Below the pieces are notes generated by a model. It was not told where the DNA came from. It saw nothing but the letters and a program-made list of their open reading frames with translations, and searched no databases. A DNA stretch of 64,000 nucleotides. Origin: an uncultured Chloroflexia bacterium. Lineage in GTDB: Bacteria > Chloroflexota > Chloroflexia > QHBQ01 > JADMIH01. The stretch is taken from the NCBI GenBank assembly GCA_963811305.1, contig CAWEQU010000005.1:11314-75313 (forward strand), read 5' to 3'. Shown piece by piece: positions 8,371-17,167 of the stretch. Positions within the stretch are counted from its first letter, which is position 1. Each line of letters opens with the position of its first letter. A program made the translations under genes and the position numbers.

Positions 8371-9468
8371 TCAGCGTGGCTCGAGGACGATGTTGAAGGT
8401 GCCTTCGGTCTGGGTACATTGGGGGAATACTTCGGTCTCAACGGTGCGGTAACCTGGCGCGGAGACGTTGACGTGAATGTGCGGGTGGATATTCTCATAC
8501 GGTCCGGGATAGTGACTTTCAAAGCTGTAAGACCCGGAAGGGCCAGTGATTATCATAGCTTCATACTCCTCCCTGTATACACCGTCAGGCCCGGCCATAC
8601 GGAACTTCAGCTTCGCGCCTTGTATTGGAGAGCAGTCGCGGCTTGACTTCACCACACCGTTGAGGATATGCCCTTTACCTACGGATGAGCGCAGGGGGGC
8701 GTCGGGAGGCTCAGGCCCGGTGGTGGGACCGGTCTGCGTGGGAACGCAGCCGGACGGTACTGCTGTCGGGGTAGCAAGGCCAGTAACCACCTCCGGGTGT
8801 ATGGCGCTGATGCGGGCGGTCCCCAGCTGCGCGATACGAATGTTCTCGTAAGTGCGCTTCTCAGGCACATAAAATGCCTCCTGGTAATACTCCAACACGG
8901 CGCGCTCAAAATATTGCACTCTATATGTCTGTTCGTTCAAGGGAGAGACTTCGGTGAACTCCCCGGAGATTGGATAGCCGAACTGCGCCAGCCCGCCAGT
9001 ATTGAGCCAGAAATCGAGGAACTCACAGCCCAGGTGCTTGCCCGTTTCGGGGAAAAGATGCGCGCCTTGTTGGGTGTTAGCCATCTCACCAGGCCCGCCG
9101 TTCGGGTACTTCTCTTTGTACTGGAAGACGCCCAGCAGAGATAGAAGCACGTCATAAGGTGGGTCGTTTTCGGGGTGTAGCTCGAACACGGCCTTCTCGA
9201 AGTACTGGACCGTATAAAGCTTGCCGTCTGTGTCAGACTTTTCTTGCATATCGTTCGAGATTGGGAGACCTTGCACCAAAGCACCCCCGTGCCTGGCGAA
9301 GTATTGCAGGAACTTACCCCTGACTACCTTACCCGTCTCAGGGAAGGTAAGAGATGTATCCTGGCCCTGGGCATGTAAAGGAGAGGCAGACTGGAACGAA
9401 AAGATTAAGATTGCCGAAAGGCTAGAAGCGAACAGGCGCAGCGCCATTTTCGATAGTGGTGAATTCAT
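8371..9468 (-). CDS. Secreted protein: the same two-repeat N-terminal module as gene 1..1299, fused to an intradiol-dioxygenase-like beta-sandwich domain
   Basis: Signal-like N-terminus. Repeats FPETGKVVRGKFLQYF..VQYFEKAVFELHPEN..VLLSLLG and FPETGKHLGCEFLDFW..VQYFERAVLEYY. C-terminal domain with NIHPHIHVNVSAPGY. Confidence 0.6.
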   Translation of the reverse strand: MNSPLSKMALRLFASSLSAILIFSFQSASPLHAQGQDTSLTFPETGKVVRGKFLQYFARHGGALVQGLPISNDMQEKSDTDGKLYTVQYFEKAVFELHPENDPPYDVLLSLLGVFQYKEKYPNGGPGEMANTQQGAHLFPETGKHLGCEFLDFWLNTGGLAQFGYPISGEFTEVSPLNEQTYRVQYFERAVLEYYQEAFYVPEKRTYENIRIAQLGTARISAIHPEVVTGLATPTAVPSGCVPTQTGPTTGPEPPDAPLRSSVGKGHILNGVVKSSRDCSPIQGAKLKFRMAGPDGVYREEYEAMIITGPSGSYSFESHYPGPYENIHPHIHVNVSAPGYRTVETEVFPQCTQTEGTFNIVLEPR

Positions 9469-9490
9469 TCCAGACCCTCCCTTATGCCGA

Positions 9491-10234
9491 TTATGGCGTA
9501 ACTGATGGCGTAGCTATGGCGCTGTCCGTCGCGGTAGCGATAAAGTTGAGGCGCAATACTATGTCGTCCTCCACACGCAGAATCTCAAGGCTTGGCGGGG
9601 TCACACCGAAGTCGCTCATTTTGAGCTTGACAGTCGCATTGCCCTGCAGCGTATCGCCCGTGAGAGTCACTTCAGCATCCCACGTTACGCGGCGTATGGC
9701 TTCGCGCACAGCCATATCACCCGTTAGAGTGAAAGAGTGCGCTTCCCCCTCAACCCACCGGGCAGGCAGCCCGTTGGCGGTGGCGTTCTTGAAGGTCGCC
9801 AGGGGATATTGGGCCGATTCCAGCCAGCTACGCCTGATGGCATTGTCTCTTGACCGCTCGTCCGTCCGCAACTGGCTGATGTCAACCACGATCTCGCCTA
9901 TTACGGATGCGGAGGGGTTGGCATGGTCCACCATGATGTCGCCCGCAACGCCACTCGTAGTGCCCGTGACGGTCACGAGGCCCCGCATGTCGAAGAAGGT
10001 CTCGTCCACCGTATACGATGCCTGAGATTGTGAAGGGTCAATCCTGTAGATTCGGGCGGCTGCGGTTGTAGTCGTCGTTGTCGCAGCGGAGGTGGGACCT
10101 GCTACCAGTGTCGGCGCGGCGGGGGGCTTGCTGGACACGGCAATGTCGGAGGTCAGCCAGAAATAATAGCCTCCTCCTGCGGCAACGGCTACACCCAACA
10201 ACACCAATACAACAAATAGAATCTTCCTGACCAC
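9491..10234 (-). CDS. YceI-like domain protein, membrane-anchored
   Basis: N-terminal TM helix, then YRIDPSQSQASYTV..VTGTTSGVAGDI..DISQLRTDERSRDNAIRRSWLESAQYPLATF, which matches the YceI family pattern. Confidence 0.7.
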   Translation of the reverse strand: MVRKILFVVLVLLGVAVAAGGGYYFWLTSDIAVSSKPPAAPTLVAGPTSAATTTTTTAAARIYRIDPSQSQASYTVDETFFDMRGLVTVTGTTSGVAGDIMVDHANPSASVIGEIVVDISQLRTDERSRDNAIRRSWLESAQYPLATFKNATANGLPARWVEGEAHSFTLTGDMAVREAIRRVTWDAEVTLTGDTLQGNATVKLKMSDFGVTPPSLEILRVEDDIVLRLNFIATATDSAIATPSVTP

Positions 10235-10305
10235 AAATGCACCCTCGCCCTTCAGGCAAGCTTACTTAATCACAATCTACACCGCACCACGCATGCAGGT
10301 TCCGA

Positions 10306-10426
<121 letters not shown>

Positions 10427-10427
<1 letters not shown>

Positions 10428-11736
10428 TAGCGCAACGACTCGGCAACTTGCAAAGCGTCGGATAGGAAAACAGGTATTTCTAGCCTGTATGCGACACCGT
10501 CTTCCTCCCACATGAGCGCATCACCGGGTATATGGTGTTGCGAAGTCAATGTTTCCTGCTTCTCCTTCATCGTAGAAGGTCAGGAGATGTGGAGCAGCCA
10601 TCCACCTTGCTGAATGCCCATGCACTGACGCCTCGGCAAGGAGACTGACCGCCCGCAAAGGTCTCCTTAGCGGCAGGGCCGGCAACCATCTGGTAGAGGA
10701 GCATACCCACTCGGTCGCGCTGTCCAGGGCTGTACCATGCAAGGACCACCATTGGACTTGCCCGCTCCTGGAAGAAGACCAGGTCCGGCTCGTCTATATA
10801 TCGCGGGTAAGCAGGCCACCTGATAGGGAAAGCTACTCGCTTACGCGCCTCCTCAAGGGTTGTAGCGCCCGCCAGGTTGCGCGTCCACTCCGGTGGCGTC
10901 TGGTCAATTTCCGAGATTGGAGTCTCGATGCCCTGGGAGATTTCAAGTGATTCCGCAATGCGCACTGCCTCTTCGAGCGGGAGGGTAGTTTCCAGCCTAT
11001 AGGTTACGTCATCTTCTTCCCAAACCAGGACGTCGCCGTCTACCAGCCGCCGGGCCTCCTCTCTGACGAAGCCCCAGATGTCGTAGAACTGCAACCAATG
11101 CGGCCCACGTACCCATGCAGCACGCTTCCCGTTGACTGTCGTTTCTTGAAGCTGCGTGCTTTCAGCTATTGATTTCTCGAGGAGCTGGGACAGCGAAGAT
11201 ATTTCATACAGTACCAGGCGTGCCTGGTCCTTGCGACCAGGTTCGTGCCATGCGAGGATGAGCGCCGGGCCGCCGAAGTCCTGCATAAAGACGCGGTCAG
11301 GTTTACCCAGGTCTGAGGGGTATTTCGGCAGCCTGATGGGAAGAGGGAATTGCTCTGCGGCAAAAGCAAGCGTAGTCTCACCCACCAGGTTAAGCGGGCG
11401 GGCGGGAGTAGGCGATGGACCCGGTGTGGTCGAGACCGATGTGGGCACGGGAGTAGCGACCACCACTTCGATAACTCCGATGCGGAATATAGAGCGGACG
11501 AACCCCTGAACTTCGGGCACGGTAAGGAGAGTTGCCAGGATGAGCAATACCGATAGCGCTGCTAGCGTCCACGCGAACCTGGGCCGAGGTCGCGCTGCGG
11601 CTGATTGTGGACTATTCGCGCTTGCCAATCTCTGACGCACGGAGCCGGCGATATCGGGCGTAGGGGGGTAGCGGAATGCCGGTGCGACATTACGCAGGCG
11701 CTCATCCATCGTGGCAAACTGGTGTTGATCGCTCAT
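10427..11736 (-). pseudogene. Anti-sigma factor (single TM, two DUF4367-like extracytoplasmic repeats), interrupted by two frameshifts (~10642 and ~10525) or sequencing errors
   Basis: ATGA overlap with the ECF sigma gene. Repeat 1 ends ..VNGKRAAWVRGPHWLQFYD..DGDVLVWEEDDVTYRLETTLPLEEAVRIAESLE. The repeat 2 equivalent is split over three frames: ..FAGGQS | SLLAEASVHGHSARWMAAPHLLTFYD.. | GDALMWEEDGVAYRLEIPVFLSDALQVAESLR*. Confidence 0.6.
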
Positions 11737-12305
11737 GCCTGGCGCTCCTCCCGTAAGGCTGGAAAGTCCCTGTCAACCAACCCGCGCAACCGGGCCAGGG
11801 CACGGTGCAGGCGAGATTTTACCGTACCTGGAGCAACTCGAAGCGCACTCGCCATCTCGGCTTCTGATAGATCAAGGAAATAGCGCATGTAGACCACCTC
11901 TTGCTCGTTACTCTTCAACCGGCGGACTGCCTGCCAGAGGGTATGAGCCTCCCATTGTTGCGCGCTTCGCTCGCTCAGCGAAACGGAAGAATCAAGCACC
12001 CCAGGCTCCAATTGGGCCGTGCGTCGCAGGGCTGCCAGGTAGCGTTTTACCGACCGCATCTTGTTGCGTGCAAGGTTGGAGGCTATGGTCAGCAGCCAGG
12101 GGCGCATGGAGCGTGTGGTGTCGAAGGTGTGAAGGGCATGGAACGCCCGCACGAACGTATCCTGTGCGACATCCTCGGCCTCATGCGCGTCGGCCAGCAG
12201 AAGATAGGCAAGACGAAATACCGGCTCCTGGTGCTCGCGGACAAGCATCTCCCAGGCCGCATCGTCGCCCGTGCGTGCGCGGCTTATCAGATCAGGTTCA
12301 CTCAA
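11733..12305 (-). CDS. ECF-type RNA polymerase sigma-70 family factor
   Basis: 190 aa. Region 2 DVAQDTFVRAF, region 4 EVVYMRYFLDLSEAEMASALRVAPGTVKSRLHRALARLR. Confidence 0.9.
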   Translation of the reverse strand: MSEPDLISRARTGDDAAWEMLVREHQEPVFRLAYLLLADAHEAEDVAQDTFVRAFHALHTFDTTRSMRPWLLTIASNLARNKMRSVKRYLAALRRTAQLEPGVLDSSVSLSERSAQQWEAHTLWQAVRRLKSNEQEVVYMRYFLDLSEAEMASALRVAPGTVKSRLHRALARLRGLVDRDFPALREERQA

Positions 12306-12373
12306 CTATTGCCCTCTCCGGAGAGGTCTAACACAGGGTATACACCGTAAGAGGGTGTGAGGTTCCAGGTAGA

Positions 12374-12420
12374 GGATGGACGATAGACGATAGACGATGG
12401 ACGATGGACGATGGACGATA
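12374..12420. repeat. Tandem heptamer array (GGACGAT/AGACGAT x7)
   Basis: ggatggacgatagacgatagacgatggacgatggacgatggacgata read directly. Confidence 0.8.
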
Positions 12421-12436
12421 AGGTATCTGCTTTGCA

Positions 12437-12623
12437 CTTAGCTCGACTTTGTACAATTCCACAATTGAAGTTGTGCGTGAGCCTGGATGTGCCTGTGCCC
12501 ACGCTTGGGAGTTTATAAACATCCGTCTTTTAACGTGATGTGTGATAAATGTTGGAAAACTCTTGTGCCTAGCTGTACGCGTATGCCACATTCAACCTAA
12601 AAATTGTACAAAGTCGAGCTAAG
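12437..12623. repeat. 187-bp element bounded by a perfect 21-bp inverted repeat
   Basis: cttagctcgactttgtacaat (12437-12457) and attgtacaaagtcgagctaag (12603-12623) are exact reverse complements enclosing 145 bp of AT-richer non-coding sequence. Confidence 0.6.
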
Positions 12624-12685
12624 AAGCTGTGTAAGAACAATGACGAAGGCTGATAAGCCTGCTATAACGAAGCACCCCTTTCCCT

Positions 12686-12765
12686 GTCATTCCGAACGCA
12701 GTGAGGAATCTCCGAGCTTAGACGTATGGATAGAGTTTTAAATTCCTCACTGCGTTCGGAATGAC
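12686..12765. repeat. 80-nt palindromic element, family P copy 1 (24-nt arms GTCATTCCGAACGNAGTGAGGAAT)
   Basis: gtcattccgaacgcagtgaggaat..(32 nt loop ctccgagcttagacgtatggatagagttttaa)..attcctcactgcgttcggaatgac. The right flank actctttatacattcgttgtta is shared with the copy at 44230. Confidence 0.75.
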
Positions 12766-12809
12766 ACTCTTTATACATTCGTTGTTACACACCCTCTCAG
12801 ATATGTCGT

Positions 12810-13622
12810 CTATCGTCCGCGCCGTGCGCGACGCACTGCGTCCTCAACTGTTGCTATGAGCCAGGCTTCTTCTTCACTTATCCCCTCTTCCAGGCGGGCG
12901 GCGGTGACGGGCAAGCGCCAGGTTTCAATTTGCGTTCGAGAGGTGCGAGTCGCTCTGAGATAGTGTGTCAGGTAGAGCTTGCGGAAAGCGGCGATTAGTA
13001 AGCTGATAGCTATTGAAGGGATACCGGAGGGGAGATGGAGGTGAGCAGTCGTGAGGAGGAGCGAGGTACGAGCCACATCAGCCAGAGGGTTACCGCACGT
13101 GGCGTCTATCCAATCTATTATGACCGGACCGCGCGGGGACATTATGACGTTCTCAGGGTGGAAGTCGCCGTGGCAGAGCGCATCGCCCTCCGGGAGCCGC
13201 GCGAGAGAAAGCAATGCAGCCTCTTTGAGGTCGGCTGGCAAGGGGTCTGCCGACTCTATCTTCCAGGTCAGGCGGTCGCGCTGGGAGGGGAGGTCGGGTG
13301 CGCTACGGCGGTGCATTGACGCATGTAGCAACGCGAAAGTGCGAGCTAAACGAGGCAGCCGCCAGGGTTCTGATCTGAGCACATCGGCAAGAGATGGGCC
13401 ATAGATGCGCTCATAGATGAGGCCTTGACGCTCTTCGACCTCGACGGCATCTATGAGCGTAGGAGAGGCCGCGCCGGATGCGTAAACTGCCCTCGCAATC
13501 TTCGCTTCATACTCTACGGTACTCGCCGGGCGGTCCGCATGGAAGAGCTTCAGCACACTCCTATCGCCCCATGCGTAGATGTCGGCTGTGCGGCCCCTGC
13601 CTATAAGCTCCCCTTTATTCAT
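12810..13622 (-). CDS. Aminoglycoside-phosphotransferase/choline-kinase-fold (APH family) kinase
   Basis: Catalytic block LCHGDFHPENVIMSPRGPVIIDWIDA. I prefer the ATG at 13622 (GGGGGAG 5 nt upstream) over the ORF-track start at 13781, which reads through a repeat element. Confidence 0.7.
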   Translation of the reverse strand: MNKGELIGRGRTADIYAWGDRSVLKLFHADRPASTVEYEAKIARAVYASGAASPTLIDAVEVEERQGLIYERIYGPSLADVLRSEPWRLPRLARTFALLHASMHRRSAPDLPSQRDRLTWKIESADPLPADLKEAALLSLARLPEGDALCHGDFHPENVIMSPRGPVIIDWIDATCGNPLADVARTSLLLTTAHLHLPSGIPSIAISLLIAAFRKLYLTHYLRATRTSRTQIETWRLPVTAARLEEGISEEEAWLIATVEDAVRRARRGR

Positions 13623-13695
13623 TCTCGCTCCCCCGGATGGATTATACTTTGACATGTCCAGCCGCAGCAAAGACCTGCCAGCAAGTAATTGGGTC

Positions 13696-13794
13696 GTAGG
13701 GGCGGTTCGTGAACCGCCCTGGTCAAGACCGTACTTGCTTACGCCCAAGTTCGCGCGAGTGTTCACATGAGGGCGGTTCACGAACCGCCCCTAC
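13696..13794. repeat. Pair of inverted GC-rich hairpin units (GTAGGGGCGGTTCGTGAACCGCCC / GGGCGGTTCACGAACCGCCCCTAC)
   Basis: Each unit is itself a hairpin and the two are reverse complements 51 nt apart, in the divergent region between the kinase and gamma-CA genes. Related GC-rich, partly self-complementary GTA(G/C)GGG..CCC(C/G)TAC-type segments occur near 50090, 51004 and 59081. Confidence 0.6.
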
Positions 13795-13851
13795 AGATAG
13801 CCTGCGGCCCGCGCAACGGCCAGGAATCGGACAGATGATTAGGAGAGGATC

Positions 13852-14376
13852 ATGCCACTCTATCCATACCGGGGGAAGTCCCCTAGAATCGGCAGGGGAT
13901 GTTACGTAGCTCCTACCGCGACGATCATTGGTGACGTTACGCTAGGCGATGAGGCCAGCGTGTGGTTCGGCGCGGTACTGAGGGGCGACGTGTCACCCAT
14001 TGTGATTGGTGCGCGCAGTAATATACAGGACGGGACAGTCATACATGGCGAGGAAGGCTGCCCAACCATTATAGGCGAGGACGTGACGGTGGGGCACAGC
14101 GCCATAATCCACGCGGCGACGGTAGGCGACCGGGTACTGGTAGGCATGGGCGCGACACTCCTGAGCAGGTCCAGTGTCAGGCCGGACACGATAATAGGGG
14201 GACGCGCCCTCGTAACCGAGGAAGTAGAGGTTCCTGGTGGGGTCCTGGCGCTGGGTATACCTGCACAGCCAAAACGCTCCCTGAGTGGAGTTGAAAAGGA
14301 ACACATACTTGCGTCCGCCCAGCATTACGTTGAGCATGCAAAGTGGTATGCAGGGCAAGATGAAGAAAACGATTAA
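13852..14376 (+). CDS. Gamma-class carbonic anhydrase / hexapeptide-repeat (LbH) family protein
   Basis: 174 aa; VAPTATIIGDVTLGDEASVWFGAVLRGD..IGARSNIQDGTVIH..VTVGHSAIIHA is typical of the YrdA/PaaY family. Confidence 0.8.
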   Translation: MPLYPYRGKSPRIGRGCYVAPTATIIGDVTLGDEASVWFGAVLRGDVSPIVIGARSNIQDGTVIHGEEGCPTIIGEDVTVGHSAIIHAATVGDRVLVGMGATLLSRSSVRPDTIIGGRALVTEEVEVPGGVLALGIPAQPKRSLSGVEKEHILASAQHYVEHAKWYAGQDEEND

Positions 14377-14381
14377 ACAAA

Positions 14382-14423
14382 AAACACCGCTAGAAGGTCG
14401 CATTTGACCTCTCAGCGGTGTTT
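14382..14423. terminator. Hairpin between convergent genes (candidate bidirectional terminator)
   Basis: aaacaccgctagaaggtcgcatttgacctctcagcggtgttt: outer stem aaacaccgc/gcggtgttt, inner stem aggtc/gacct, with an A-run on one side and a T-run on the other. Confidence 0.5.
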
Positions 14424-14449
14424 GCTTAATCTGTAAATTGGCTTATTAG

Positions 14450-14740
14450 TTAATTGCTATCAAGCGTTGGCTGTGATATTGGTATCTTTTGCCATGCTAA
14501 CGCACGCGTCGAAGGGCGCGTCACCAGGAGCAGGCTCCAGAGCGTCGCGGCTATGATACCTGCGGCTCCGCATACTATCAGCACGGGCACCATACCAGCA
14601 TCTATTCGCAGCACCGCGTGGCTGAGTAAAATCAGCATCAGCCCACCTATAGCACCAAATAACGCTCCTGATCCTGCCATCACGCCCACGAAAGCAGCCC
14701 CCAGGAATAGGCGTCGAGAGTTATTCTTAACGCGAGCCAT
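14450..14740 (-). CDS. Small membrane protein, unknown function
   Basis: MARVKNNSRRLFLGAAFVGVMAGSGALFGAIGGLMLILL.. contains three hydrophobic helices. Start choice (14740 vs 14794) is uncertain. Confidence 0.4.
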   Translation of the reverse strand: MARVKNNSRRLFLGAAFVGVMAGSGALFGAIGGLMLILLSHAVLRIDAGMVPVLIVCGAAGIIAATLWSLLLVTRPSTRALAWQKIPISQPTLDSN

Positions 14741-14962
14741 TACGTTCACCGCCTTGTTCAGGATAGTTAGCTTATACCGTACCCAAGCCCGCATCCGCGC
14801 CCACGCGGGCGATTGTTGCTTGAGCAGTTCAAGGTGCTATGGCGGTCAGGTCTCGGTGCGACGTAACTTTGCTGCTCTGCCTGGCTTAATAAGCAATGCG
14901 TATGCCACGCCTACCCGGTTGTCAGTTACCTGTTACCGTCCATTTGTGATATAGAATATAGC

Positions 14963-15430
14963 ATGAGCCGTGAGAATGTGGAAAAGGTGCGCAAAACTGC
15001 CGAGCTACGCAAGCAAGGCGGCCCGCAGGCTACGGGTGAGATGGACCCCTGGTCGTGCGACGAGGTCCCCCCAGACCTCTTCTACAAGGGGCTGGAGCAG
15101 TTCAACGGGGGAGAGTACTTCGAGCAGCATGAGTCGCTGGAGGAGATATGGATAGCAGACCAGAGGCCGCTACGACGGCTCTACCAGGGGATATTGAAAA
15201 TAGGGGTCGGCTTCTACAAGCTGCGCCTCGGCAACTACCGGGGCACGATAAACCACATCGCGGGAGGCATAGCCTACCTTGAGCGCTTTGACGACAACTG
15301 CCTGGGTGTAGACGTCGCCCGGCTGATACGCGAGGCCCGTGAGGTGCGCAACAGGGTGATTGAATTGGGGCCGGAGAGGATACGAGAGTTCAATTTGGAA
15401 ACGCTGCCAAAGGTGTGGTATCAAAGGTAA
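14963..15430 (+). CDS. DUF309 domain protein
   Basis: FYKGLEQFNGGEYFEQHESLEEIW..LYQGILKIGVGFYKLRLGNYRG matches the DUF309 helical pattern. Confidence 0.7.
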   Translation: MSRENVEKVRKTAELRKQGGPQATGEMDPWSCDEVPPDLFYKGLEQFNGGEYFEQHESLEEIWIADQRPLRRLYQGILKIGVGFYKLRLGNYRGTINHIAGGIAYLERFDDNCLGVDVARLIREAREVRNRVIELGPERIREFNLETLPKVWYQR

Positions 15431-15440
15431 CAAGCTGAGA

Positions 15441-16441
15441 ATGAGCAACTTTATCTTCCCCTATGAGCGCGGCAAGACCCTGGCAGCCGCCATACCAGAA
15501 CCAGGGCCGGTGCTTGGTATAGACATCGGCGGCACGAAGCTGGCGGCGGGTGTGGTTACTCCCGATGGCCAGGTTCTTTCGTATACCCGCCAGCCAACAC
15601 CGACGGACCTCGATGCGGAAGGATTACTGGGAGCCGTCCTTAGCGTATCCGAAACTGCGCGCCAGGAGAGCAGCCGTGAGCCTGTAGCGGTCGGGATCGG
15701 CTGTGGAGGACCGATATTCTTCGAAGAAGATACAGTTTCTCCCCTGCATATGCCTGCCTGGAGGGGGTTCCCTTTACGCCCACGCCTCGAATTATCATTA
15801 GGGCTGCCTGCGGTGCTCGACAACGACGCTAAAGCGTTCGCGCTAGGCGAAGCGCTCTTTGGGGCGGGACGGGGCGCTCGTTACATGCTCGGCATGGTAG
15901 TCTCGACCGGTATAGGTGGCGGCATCGTGGTGGACGGGCGGCTCCTCGATGGCGCACATGGCAACGGGGGCCACATAGGGCATACCATCGTCTCGGTGCG
16001 CGGACCTCGATGCTTTTGTGGAGCGGTAGGGTGTCTCACTGCCTACGCCGCGGGCAGAGGTCTATCGGCGCGTGCGGTGGCAGCGCTCAAGCGTGGCGCG
16101 ACAAGCACCCTAGCCTCACTGCCGCATGGCAGCCTGACGGGGCGAGACATCGTTGAGGCCGCGGCATCGGGGATGTACTGGCTGGGCGTCTGTTACGTGA
16201 GGCGGCAACGGCACTGGGTCGAGGTATAGCGAGCGCAGCAAATATCCTCGACCTGGATCGGGTGGTGCTAGGTGGCGGGTTGCTCAATGCAGGGGAGCTA
16301 TTGCTTGCACCCCTCCGCCGGGAGTTGCGCCGGAGAGCGCGCCTCGCGTTCTCCAGGCACGTAGACCTGCGGACTTCGGAGCTTGGGAAAGAGGCGGGGG
16401 TCGTAGGGGCGGCCTCTCTTATCCTGCAACATTGGCAGTGA
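15441..16441 (+). pseudogene. ROK-family sugar kinase (glucokinase-like), frameshifted in a G-run at 16169-16172 (or sequencing error)
   Basis: GIDIGGTKLAAGVV and the ROK zinc motif HTIVSVRGPRCFCGAVGCL. After ..EAAASG the ORF derails (MYWLGVCY..*). Adding one G restores DVLAGRLLREAATALGRGIASAANILDLDRVVLGGGLLNAGELLL..ILQHWQ* ending at 16441. Confidence 0.75.
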
Positions 16442-16467
16442 TAAAAGTGAGAGCGCAGTGTGTCCTA

Positions 16468-16959
16468 CTATTCGTAGGTCCGTTGCACGGCGCGCCTCAA
16501 GGTAAGCACGAAAGCATCCTCTATGAGAGCGAGAAGCTGGTCAGGTACGTGCAGTATCTTTGCCCCGTGCACCCTGATGCGATAGGTAATATGGGCCGAC
16601 ACAATCGCCACAAGCCCGGCTGTGACCGCCCCCGTGACTGGGGAGCGTTTTCCCTCGGTAAAGGCCGCGGCTCCAGAGAACGCACCCCAGAATGCGCGCC
16701 CTAGTAAAGGGAGGGGCGCGATCCGGTCGGGCAATATAGGCAGCTTATCCGCGACCATCTCGCCGAGCATCCCCAAAGCGCCCAGCTTTGAAAACCTCCT
16801 GGTAGTCAACAATTGGAAGAGCGTATGCCGGAATCGCTTGGGATGGCTCGCTGCACGGTCAGTCATTAGAGAGGGGGCCGAAGCCGCTCTCATGCCGGCT
16901 ATTACGCCTAACAACATAGTACGTGCCAACAGCTCTTTATCAATAGAAGATTTACTCAA
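16468..16959 (-). CDS. Small membrane protein, DUF4126-like
   Basis: 163 aa, hydrophobic, with the LGEMVADKLPILPDR motif I associate with DUF4126. The assignment is tentative. Confidence 0.45.
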   Translation of the reverse strand: MSKSSIDKELLARTMLLGVIAGMRAASAPSLMTDRAASHPKRFRHTLFQLLTTRRFSKLGALGMLGEMVADKLPILPDRIAPLPLLGRAFWGAFSGAAAFTEGKRSPVTGAVTAGLVAIVSAHITYRIRVHGAKILHVPDQLLALIEDAFVLTLRRAVQRTYE

Positions 16960-17073
16960 GTACTATCACCTCAATGTTGTAATGTTCACCTCAGGAACAT
17001 AGAGATAGCAATAGTTGCGCCAAAGAAGAATTTATGAGCGTATATAAGAACAAATAGACAATGCGCGAGGCCT

Positions 17074-17100
17074 GTCATTCCTCACTGCGTTCGGAATGAC
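17074..17100. repeat. Internally deleted copy of palindromic family P
   Basis: gtcattcctcactgcgttcggaatgac joins the start of the left arm to the right arm. The flank agggagacatgtgcttcgttat matches the inverted left flank of the 12686 copy. Confidence 0.6.
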
Positions 17101-17167
17101 AGGGAGACATGTGCTTCGTTATGTGAAGTTCTTGCCTCCCCATGATTGTTCTAATAAATCTTCCACC

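Noticed and set aside
15360-15440. Upstream start for the ROK kinase overlapping the DUF309 gene
   Set aside because: It overlaps the preceding gene by 70 nt in another frame. The ATG at 15441 gives the canonical N-terminus a few residues before GIDIGGTK.
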